Positions 53,593 to 64,000 of a stretch of DNA of 64,000 nucleotides are shown piece after piece. Within the stretch, counting starts at the first letter, position 1, and each line of letters opens with the position of its first letter. The notes below the pieces were generated by a model. The model had not been told where the DNA came from. It made no database searches and was given only the letters and a program-made list of their open reading frames with translations. The position numbers and the translations under genes are program-made. Source of the DNA: the human T2T-CHM13v2.0 reference genome, Homo sapiens; assembly GCF_009914755.1 (NCBI RefSeq), contig NC_060931.1, one strand, 5' to 3'.

Positions 53593-54279
53593 TAGGTGTT
53601 TTGATCCTAAGGAGACAATCGTTGGTGAATTTGAAACAGATTCTTCAGGAAATATAGTGCAAGACCAAAATTGGGTCCCAGGAAAAATCATGTGATACTT
53701 CGTAATGCAGGTCTCTTGTAGACACAAGAAGGCACACTTGCTCGTTTCCCTGGGTTTGGTTTTTGTTTTGTTTTCTTCCCCCTATGTCTCACATCCTCTC
53801 CTGCAACCCCAACCCTCCGTACCGCAGGCAAGAAAACATTGATGTTTCTGCATCTGGCAGCATGTCTCTGGGAGAAGAGGCCGGCGGAAGGGAGTTTGAT
53901 GTGTGAGTGACAGATCCCCAGGTAACACCACTGGGGAACACTTGATCTGACCTGTTTGAAGGTGAAAACTCACCAGGTCACACTGGAAACAGTTGCTGCT
54001 GGGCATGGCTTTGATCCTTGTTTATCTTTTTCTCTTTTTTTTAACCTTCTTGAAAAAAATGTTTTGTACAAATGGATACTTTTTCCTGTGTATATTTTGT
54101 CTGCTGGAGCATTTGTATATTTTGTGTGTGTGTTCCTTGTCACTGCAGGGCGGGGTTTTGTAACCTTTTGATGCAGATTGTGAATCTTAATGAATTTGTC
54201 ATTTGCCATGGAAAGATGTTTGTTCAAATAGAGCAGAGACATTTTCGTCCAACAATATTACAGGAATATTGTGTAGAAA

Positions 54280-54510
54280 ATAATGACTAATACTTTGAGC
54301 ATTCCATGTTGGCTCCCATTTTAAACACTTCATGTATTAACTTGTTTAATCTTCAGAAGAATTCATTTTTCCTGGTTTTCCTGTTGACATTTGATGAAAC
54401 TAAAGCAGAGGGAAGTTAAGTAGTTTGCCTGAGGTCACACATTTAGTAAGTGAGAGACCCAGGACTCAAACTCAGGCAGGGGTTCTAGTACCAGCAGTGT
54501 TTATCAACTG
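54280..54510 (-). mobile_element. MIR SINE
   Basis: gatgaaactaaagcagagggaagttaagtagtttgcctgaggtcacac...ggactcaaactcaggcag. Confidence 0.75.
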
Positions 54511-55049
54511 CTTTCCAACCCTGACAAGCATGAGTGGGCACAAGCATGGAGCACTAGGGCTTACAAAAAGCTCCCTCAGGCTGGCACATTGCCTGACTTA
54601 AAGGTACCGAAGGCATGGCCCTGCCTTCAAGGTCATTATTGCATGCTGGTTAGAGGAGAAATCTGTCTGTCTCATTTGCGGACGTGTCTCCGTTGCTAAG
54701 TAGTGTCAGGCATGTAGGAGATGCTTAGTACAATCTTTTTGGATTGTATCAATGTAGGTTTTGAAAGGTTATTAGAGCTTGTGAATCATCAAGGTTGAAC
54801 CATAATCAATTAACAAGAAAGGGGAATCTGAGACTTCTAAAATGTAATGGTCATGACTTGCTACCTTTAGAAACACCAGCGAAAAAAACCTGTGGTGTCG
54901 GTTGGATCATGGCTCTTATTCACTGCGGCGTTTTTAAAGCTTTTTCAAGGATTATGTGGGGATCCCAGGCTCCTTTATGATTTATAAATCTATTATGCAT
55001 GTCACGTAGAGATTTTCATGACAGAATCGTCAGATGAACTCATTCAGGG

Positions 55050-55270
55050 TATAATATTGTAGGAGAAGGGTTGGCGAGGTTGAGGGGGATGCCATAAGAA
55101 AATGCCTAATTCATAGGTAGAGTGTAGGACAGAAATGGATGGGGACTGGAGGCCAGTTAGGACGACACTGTAGAGGCCAGTGTGAGGAGCAAGGACGTGG
55201 GCTAGAGGAGGAGGAGATGAGCATGGGGAGGAAAGTCCAGGGAGAGTTAACAGGACCTACCGACTAGACA
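55050..55270 (-). mobile_element. L2 fragment
   Basis: gactggaggccagttaggacgacactgtagaggccagtgtgagg. Confidence 0.5.
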
Positions 55271-57399
55271 AGAGGATCCAGGGAAAGAGAATGAAGCATT
55301 GTTAGGAAAGTTTCACAGTATAGCGGCCCACCGATAACCTTAAGAACCTACAAACCTAACAGTTTTAAAACGATGAGCTTGAGGCTCAGAAGGAAAGGCA
55401 TGTTAAGCTGTCATATCAGGTTGATTGAATAGATTGGGTAAGTCTTTCAGACATCCTACCACCACCTTCTGCCCCATGCTGTTAATTCTTTAAGCATTGG
55501 GACCATGAGTTCTGTCTAGCAGTGTGGGTGTTGAGACCACATGAATCAAGGAAGAGGGCTTCTAGAGGCCCAAGGGCTGTTTGCTGTAGAGGAGGCAGAG
55601 GAGGGTTCCAAGAATTTCAGAAGGCACTGTATAGCTCTGCCAGGAAGTGTTTAGAGAACTGAGGTGCAGCCCCCACTTCTCATTACAACATTTTACTACC
55701 ATCAACCTCTCAGCAGAACTGCTGCATTAGGTACCTAGTGTTTGATTTGAACTTTGTATTTATTCTCCATGAAAAGGCACCGTGCCCATTGATGTCACTT
55801 TGGTGCTGCTGAGACAGAAAGTGAGTATTTTATGTGCTGTCTCTTTTCAAGCAAGATGGAAGGGTCTTGTAAAAGTGGTTTCTAAGGAATAACCTAACAT
55901 TTTAAAGATTTATAGAACAAGCATCCACTTACCAGTTCATTTAAGTTTTACAAAACATCTCTGCTTCTGCCTTGCCATGTCAGCAAAAGATTCTGACATT
56001 TAAATAAATAAAATATGGTGGGATATAATAAAGTGCAAAAAAAATGATGCATCAAGTTACTACTGAAAGGAATATTGAGGCCTGAGTCATCTCCCTGCTG
56101 CTGTCTCCCAAACAGAAGATAGCTTTAATCTTCAGGCTCTGTGTTATTTAAATAAGCTGAGGGATTTGCGAGTTGGGGGATGCTGCCAAATGTATCCACT
56201 GAAGATAATGATCCCATTTCAGATCTGCAGGTCTATTTTAATGAAAGGAGACAGGTGAGGGTGCAGAACAGAAATGTTCATAGCACCTGACCCTCCTTCT
56301 TTCCTTAGGAGTTTCTCAACCCAGCGAAATTGGTGAGATTTTTAAAAATAAATACTTTGGAGTATATCATGAGGTAGGATTACTGTAGTGAGACAGGGAG
56401 CAGTAATGGCAGTCAGGAAAACCTGTGTATGTTAAAAAGTGTTTGCTAAGTCTCTCCTGTGTGTTTAGTGTTGTGGGGGTTTTAGTCGAAACAAATTAGG
56501 GTCTCAGCCAACCTCAAAGGGTGTATTTTCTCAGTCTTTATTGATTCCTCTTGGTTTCCTCAGGGCTCAGAACATCCAACACCTTAGGAGCAAATGTCCT
56601 TTGAATGAATAGGTTTGGGATGAGGTTCTGGAAGACACTAACACAAACAACCTTGATAAATTACATGGTAGTGACTTCATCACATTCTTCCATCTAGTCG
56701 GAGTAGCTGGCCTTTGAAAATTACCCTTATGAAGCTTACATTTTACTGGAGAAGCCAGACAAAAGAATACGTAAATGAATGAATGAATGAGTGAATGAAC
56801 AAAACAAAATTATCTCTCGTTCATAGATCAAATTGTCCTAAACTTGCTCATTAAGACTTACTTAGCTATGCATTTTATACCACTGTCCCTGAGCACTTTA
56901 ATCATTTATTAATTATTCAACCTCTACATTGCTTTAGGTGAACTGGAGGCATGAGACAAGTTTGGGATGCAGACTTTTTCTTTTTATTGTCCTTAAGAAC
57001 TATAATATATGCAGTTAGTTAGAAACCCTGTCCTATTGGTACTTTTGTTTCAGTGAACTTGAGTTTAAACTTTAAGGCACAGAGGTTATTACAGTATCAT
57101 CTTCAGGAAGCTACTGGTACTGAAAAGAGCATTCTTCATGCCACCCCAGTATCATCTTTGTACTCTTACCTTTGTGTTGAGAAGGGATACATGTCACTTA
57201 TAAAACCTGGGTATGACTACGCAAGCCACCTTCACATTTGGGATAGAAGATTCTACAAAAGTAAAATTCACAATCTTTGTACATACACAGAAGCCAGACT
57301 TACCAGCATGTATTAAATCTGTCTTTATTTTGGATCATGGCATTTATGGAGATCACTAAGCAGGCAGCTCATTTGAAGTGAGATTCAGAACACTTACTT

Positions 57400-57600
57400 A
57401 TTTTATCCATTTAGCAAACATTTACTTAACTCCTACTGTGTGTACTACATCACTGGGGAAGACAATTAGGACCCAGTCCTTGTTTTCAAGGAGTAAGTAC
57501 TCTAGTCCAACATGAAACAACTAATGAAACTGAGCAGGGATAGGCAAGGCAGAGGTAAGTGTGCCTTGGAAGAAAAGGGGAAGAAGAAATGGTGGATGTT
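57400..57600 (-). mobile_element. L2 3' fragment
   Basis: atccatttagcaaacatttact..ctcctactgtgtg...cagtccttgttttcaaggag. Confidence 0.6.
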
Positions 57601-57904
57601 GACCAAGGCTGGCACTAGGTAGGCTCCAGGTTCCCCTGGGATGCTAGTTTTAGAGGTGGAAGGGCAGTTTTGAAGTCTCATTTCAGGAGCAGGGAGAGGC
57701 TGTGCGTTGATGGTTCCAGTAGGATGGGGAAAGGAGGAGGAGTCAGTGCAGTTGGACCAGGCTCTTGTCTGTCCATCTCATCTCTCCCCAGGGATAGGAT
57801 GACAAGGACCCCAGAAATCAACAGTGACACCAGCTGAGTGACCACAGGCAGTAAACACCTTACAATAGCTGCTTTGATTTGTATCCTTGCTGGCGTATCT
57901 TAAC

Positions 57905-58145
57905 AACATGACGACATTTACCAAATGAATGACTGCTTACCAAGCACCAGTCTAAGTGCTTCACCCATGTTATCATGTTTAATCTTCCCAATTTTGTGAG
58001 ATAGGTAGTATTATTCCCATTTGAAAGGTTGGAAATCTGAGGAGTGAAGAGGTCACCCAGCTAGTAAAAGGTAGAGATGATGCAACAGACATACATGTCC
58101 ATGCTTGTTTGACTGTAACACGTTTACTCTTAACCTCTAAGCAAT
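57905..58145 (-). mobile_element. MIR SINE
   Basis: ctaagtgcttcaccc...tgtgagataggtagtattattcccattt...aggtcacccagctagtaa. Confidence 0.75.
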
Positions 58146-59779
58146 GGTGCTTTCCTTAATATAGAATGTCCTTCGAAACATCCCAATGCCAAAATTCAGC
58201 ATATTTTCATATTAGAATAGCTTTGCGTTAGGTCTCTTTTTCCCTGAACATTTCTTTTCTCTGTTTTGCAGAATCTTGTTGGCCTCCTTTAAATATCATT
58301 ATAAATGTTGGCAGTGTTGTTTTAAATAATTGTGAACAGAAAGTAAGGAAGCATATGCACTCTGATCTTTTTAAAGCGATTTCATTATTGTAAAAAATTC
58401 TGGTTACAACTCACTAAATTGGTAGTTTGGAGCACCTTTGGGTGTACTCCCAGATACTCTCTACTCCCCTCTCCTCCCTCCCACAAAAAAACAGCATTTC
58501 TAACCACAGTGACTAAGTCATGCACTTCTAAGTTAGAAAATTTATAGATGGGGGAAAAATGTAGTTGACCAGATAAATATGCAGATAGTTGGGACATGTC
58601 TAAAGTGAAACACTGGTTTCCTGACACATATTCATTAAACATACAGTCATGTCACAAAAAGAGATTATGGTCAGGTGAATTTATTATTATATGTCCCTCC
58701 CGCCCCGAGAATAGTACCCTATAGTTTATGAAGCATGTTGATAATGAAGTTATCTGTTTCATATACTCTTTATGAAAATAATATTTTCCCAAGAAGCCTG
58801 AAAAACTTACTTGGTCAGTCCAAGTGAGAAAAAATTGAATTATTTTGTATTTAGCATTTTAATCCCCAAGTTAGAAGGGACATTTAACAACTGTACTAAA
58901 TTCAAAAGGTTACTTAGAGACAGAATTCCTCTTTAGATCTAATATGATTGTCTGGTTTTAACAGTTTGGCTTTACAGGAAGACTTGGAAGACCAGCAAAA
59001 CTGCCCTTTATTTGTATAAACTCTGCTTGCATTTGTGACTTTTTTTAAAGGGAAAAAATAAAATTCTTTATAGGCATAATTTTTATAAATTAAAATACAT
59101 TATAGTATATTTATGTGGGTGAAGCTTAGGAAATTCTTTATAAAATGAACTGTATTTTGAATTGGTCAACTGCTACATTGTCCAAAAATGGGAATGGTGA
59201 TTCTGTGGATGAAGTGGAAGAACAAGGCTATTCTTTACTGTCAAAAAGGGCCTTTATGCTATGGTTTAAAATCTTTCTGCAAAGCCCTTGGATGTTATAC
59301 CACACATCCTGTAGCTCCTACATGCCAAACTCCCAGCTTTTTTTATGTGGAGCCCCAGGAAAAGGTGATCACTTACCTGTTAGCCTCATGCCTGGTGGTG
59401 ATAAGAAAGATGGCTTTGGTGATACTAACTGAATGCCTACTAGAAGTCAAATGTGTTGTTGTTTCAATTTTATGGCCTCTCTGCTGGTGAGTATTTAAAA
59501 TGAGAATCGAGCAAGTGAAAGTGTGTCATAGTTTTTTGTTTGTTTGTTTTTTAATTAAGAGGACCAAACCAAAGAAATAGGCCCATTTTGTTGAGAGAGG
59601 CAGTCCAACACAGTGGCTCAAAGTTCCAGAGCTTGCCTGCAAGCTCAGGCAGATGCTGGTACCAGGAATGCCCTGTACGGATACCAATTCATTCGTGGGA
59701 GATAGTACAGGGGCAGGTAATGCTGAATCCCAGCTCCACTTATGTCCAGAGCACAAGTGATGGCACAAAGCCCTAGCTC

Positions 59780-60046
59780 TCTTCATCCTTCCACTCTCAG
59801 CACTTTACATGTGTTGCCTTCCTCTGATTTGATTCCAAGCTCAGGCCCCAGATGGGGGCCTCCCAGCAACATGTCCCTCTCCCTTTCCTGGCTTAAACCA
59901 ATTAGAGTGGGTTCTGAAACTGGAGCTGGAGTTTATCCCACAGAAATTGAAAGTACAGCAGGGATATTTCCCAAAGGAAAGTTAGGATACTATTTTACTA
60001 AGAAGATTGAGAGGAGGAGGTGACAAAAACAACAGATGTCTGTACA
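59780..60046 (-). mobile_element. Old MLT1 (J/K/L-like) LTR fragment
   Basis: tttcccaaaggaaagttaggatactatt...gacaaaaacaacagatgtctgtaca terminus. Confidence 0.55.
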
Positions 60047-61246
60047 TATGTGAGGGTGGAGCTGAAATTGCTTGGTTTCTACAGTTAGCATTCGCTCAAA
60101 ACAGGCAGACCTAAGTTTGCAGGTGAGGCCAGTCCACAACCCAACTCAGAGGCTGAGACAAGCAAAGTAAGTGGAAAGGAGACGGATGGTAGAAAGAAAT
60201 AATATCTATTGGGTGTCTGTTCTGTGCCAGGATCTTTATGTTTGTGGCCCAGTGTACGCCTTGTCACCCTCATGAAGTGGTATTGGAAGGTTTAAAGGGT
60301 TTGGAGATAAGGGTAAAGATAGATGTAGAGTCAGGGTCAGCCACTGTAGCCAAGAGCTTTGGGTAGTTCCAGGGCAAACTGAGGAAGCAGACCTCTTAGA
60401 GGGTAAAATGGGTTATGATTTTCTAAAGAGGAAATTCTTCTGTTTGACCTAGATGTGAACTGAATAATCACTTCTGTTGTTTGGAAAGCCATAAAGCCAG
60501 CCAACCATGCCACAATCCTGATCTCGCAACTCACATATCTTATTTTTCAACAAGGAAAATCCTTTCAAAGAGATAAATGTGAATTCTGTGTGCCATGTAT
60601 ATATTTGTACCACATTTAATTTCATTAGCTATAATATCATGTAGCTGTGCTTATTTAACTGCTTAGCCCAGATGGTAATGCCTTCTGAAGAAAAATGGCT
60701 ACACAGTGTAATTGAACATGTCCTATTGACAGAGTTACAACAACCCATTTTCCCCATTAAATATAGGTGATTCAATAAAATGAACACAGAGTCTATTACT
60801 CTGCCACCATTTCTAGCTGAAAATGCAAGGAGGAAATGTTCTACAAGGTGAAGAAATGGCACAGTTATGTTGCATGCAGTGGGAGGACAGGCGTAAAGGC
60901 AGGCCTCCTCCTCCCGCCTTGGACAAAAGAGGAGCTATTTGTTGACACTCAGATTTGGTTGGGAACCAAGGGGAGAACCTTGGCGTCATCAGCTAAGACC
61001 TGTCTGAAAGTGATGATGATAGCAGATGTGAACATGAAAACTAGGCCGTACATTTTGGAAAATGATGTAAAAGGATTTGGCTTCTAAATGGAATCAAGTG
61101 GTAGAAACAGTTGTGTTGGCTCTCAGCAGATGAGGGTCTTGGGTCTTATGAATGTTGTCAATCACTAGTATAAAAATATTCTGGCCAAATTAGTATATGA
61201 GAACAACTATCTGATGAAGCTATCACTGCAAATATTTTTGTATTCA

Positions 61247-61515
<269 letters not shown>

Positions 61516-61789
61516 ACAGGGTTGGCCTCCCTGATCCTGTATATATTGTCTATGAAATTGACAGGTTTGGTGTGGTCTAAGAAAGTAAGTCATACTCGAC
61601 ACTGAAACTTTCCTAGGAAGAGCACTAGAGATGATGTGAGAAGATGTTATTGAGGAAAAGTTTGGGAATGGCACCTTGCCATGTGGCGGGACTTATTGCA
61701 GTTGCTATGTGTATATTTTTTCTTAGTTTTCTTCATGTTTTATGAGTAAAGACTTACAGTCGTTCTCTGTCTTTGCTTATGGGGAAGTT

Positions 61790-61960
61790 GAGAATTTTAG
61801 AGTCAAAAAGACCCAAAAGCCCACTCTGGCTTACCCTCTCATTTTCCTGAAGAGGAAAGTGAGGCCCAGTGAAAACCCACACAACTCAGGAGAGATGAGC
61901 CAGGGTCCAATTGTCCCTTCTCTCATTACTGCATTTTGCCCTTATTCCAGTGCTAAGGGA
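61790..61960 (-). mobile_element. MIR fragment
   Basis: ccctctcattttcctgaagaggaaagtgaggcccagtga. Confidence 0.55.
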
Positions 61961-62055
61961 CTTTTGGGGATGAAAGGAGAGAAGTGGGAGGCTGGAAGGA
62001 GTGAGGTTTCTTGTCCTCACAGCTAGTCACCCAGAGAAGCTTAAGAAATCATTAC

Positions 62056-62230
62056 AGGCATTGTGGCTCACACCTGTAATCCCAGCTCTTTGAGAGACTG
62101 AGGCGGGAGCATCGCTTGAGAACAGGAGTTTGAGGCTGCAGGGAGCTGTGATGGTACCACTTCACTCCAGCCGGAGTGACAGAGCAAGCCCCTGTCTCTC
62201 AAACAAATATAAAAATAAAACTGAAAAAAA
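62056..62230 (+). mobile_element. Alu monomer (FRAM-like or internally deleted AluJ)
   Basis: gtggctcacacctgtaatcccagc (left-arm start) joined to gtttgaggctgcag...gacagagcaag (right-arm end); TSD about aagaaat. Confidence 0.85.
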
Positions 62231-63792
62231 GAAATTACTTAAAATATTTTTCTTATGTAAAGAAGTACAAAATTTGAAACCCACTCTCCTAAACAATAGG
62301 AATTCGTACGAAGAGTGATGGGCATATATTATGCCTCCCTCTTCTTCACTCCTGTCCAGTGTGTCCTAGATATGGGCGTCACAATGGCTAGTATATACCT
62401 AAATGAAATGACAAAAAGTGAAGCTGAACCTTGTCTTCTTATGGAGAATATATTCAGAAGGTAGAATAAAAAGATATTTTAGGGTGATTGAGTTTAAACA
62501 AGTAGAACCTGGTCACTCCAACCCCACCCCCGATCAGATTCTCAAAAATTAGACTTAGAAATCATAGTCCTGGATGTTAGTCACCCTTTCTGCAAGGGAA
62601 TTGCTATCTGACCTTGCATATTGCATGTGGACAAGTTCAGAGCCATCAGATCCACCTGAGAAAGGAGGCAGGAAAAGAGGGCAAGCCTTATCAAGCTGCT
62701 GTGGGGATGAATCCAGTCCGGTGGAAGAAACTATCCCACCTCTGAGCCCTGCCAGCACAAGCCATCTGTCTGCATCTAACAACACCATGGGCCTCAGCTC
62801 TGAAGCCCCTCCCTTGGTGACTCAGCAATCAAACTGTTCATTTTGCACATGTTTTGTGTTTGATTCATTTAGTCACTGAGTCTTCAGTTTCTCTGCCTGC
62901 TTTTTGCCCTGCTGATGGGGACCAGCCTCCAGGTCAGCACAGCAGGTTGAGCCTAGAGAGGCAATCACAGTCCCAGGATGAACTTTTTTTTTTGTCCCTG
63001 AAAGGGGCCTTTCCAGGAGACTCCCCAGGGGCTGCTGATATGCTCTTCCAAGGCTTTCCTGATTGTCTGTCCACCCATACCCAAGGGGAACTGATGTTTC
63101 TATCCTCTCCCATAGGCCTTTTCTAGGCTTTTTACCCACTTCCAGCCTGTCTCCTAGGGGCCTGATTGGCCCTCTCCACTTCTCCCAAGGCAGCCTTTCT
63201 TCACTTGCCTCAGCCACCTAATCTCTGTCCCACCAGTTTTGGGGTTTTCCTTACTCCATGCGTTTACCTTTCCACACTTGCACATGCACACAGCACCGCA
63301 TGAAAACTCCTAGGAATCTCTCCTTCAACATGGCTTAATAGTCCTTCTTACCTAATTTCCCAGTGACCTCTGACTCACAGTTACACAAAGGAAATGGACG
63401 TACACCTGGAGCCCAGCTGACTTGGGCTAAGGTTGGTCATGGCTCTAGGTTTGGTTTACCTTATTGGCTAGAAGACAGTAGAGGCCCAGGCACTGTGTGC
63501 TTTATGGATCGTCTTTCTAATTTACTTGAACCTGGGATCCATGGTCACTTCTAAGAGATCAAGTCTATTTTACTCTAAGTAGTTTCTTTGAGTAAGGTTG
63601 GACATTTATTTCCCTTGACATAAGGTAAACAAGTGTGCCTATGAGTGTGGCAACAATGAGGAGACATTGAATCCTCAAGTCACATTGGCATGCTTGTTGA
63701 GGCTTTTAAACGATCTCAGTATCACAGTTCTTGGTAATAACTGTAAAAACATAATCACAGGTGGCACTTGGCATGAAAGGTATGCTTGGTTC

Positions 63793-64000
<208 letters not shown>

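Noticed and set aside
53912-53985. Two adjacent small hairpins followed by ACA (H/ACA snoRNA-like)
   Set aside because: The hairpins are only about 25-35 nt (real ones are about 60-70) and the hinge lacks an ANANNA H box.
55700-55826. Pseudoexon ending AAA|GTGAGT (similar donors near 1558 and 59488)
   Set aside because: Acceptor polypyrimidine tracts are weak; the number of such hits is expected by chance in 64 kb.

Overview
Primate (almost certainly human) AT-rich intronic DNA, transcribed on the + strand. It contains one credible coding exon, 27243-27383. This exon has a clean splice acceptor, an open phase-0 frame encoding RSGKMCLGEEACLKSGNDMKRDVSNTSSWASNRESFFSLVKLLKGF*, a short 3' UTR and an ATTAAA poly(A) signal. 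From memory (not database-checked), this peptide is the unique C-terminus of the short, about 266-aa AUTS2 isoform, which would place the window inside the large AUTS2 intron 4 (7q11.22). The exon is 46 aa, below the ORF-track cutoff; the ORFs in the track look like Alu, microsatellite or random noise. The rest is about 22 Alu/FLAM/FRAM copies, old L1M/L2/L3/MIR fragments, LTRs (THE1, MLT1A plus internal stub, MER67-like, old MLT1), DNA-transposon relics (MER8, MER104, MER30, MER3, Tigger4a, MER112-like), microsatellites, and several repeat-free blocks rich in developmental TF motifs. I found no convincing wholly new biological system. The best leads are the alternative last exon (LxxLL tail, possible L2 origin), candidate poison, micro and recursive splice sites, a sense THE1 LTR with a mutated poly(A) signal, inverted Alu pairs, an 85-bp Z-DNA-prone tract and candidate enhancers. 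Repeat subfamily calls were made by eye against remembered consensus sequences; boundaries of old repeats are approximate.
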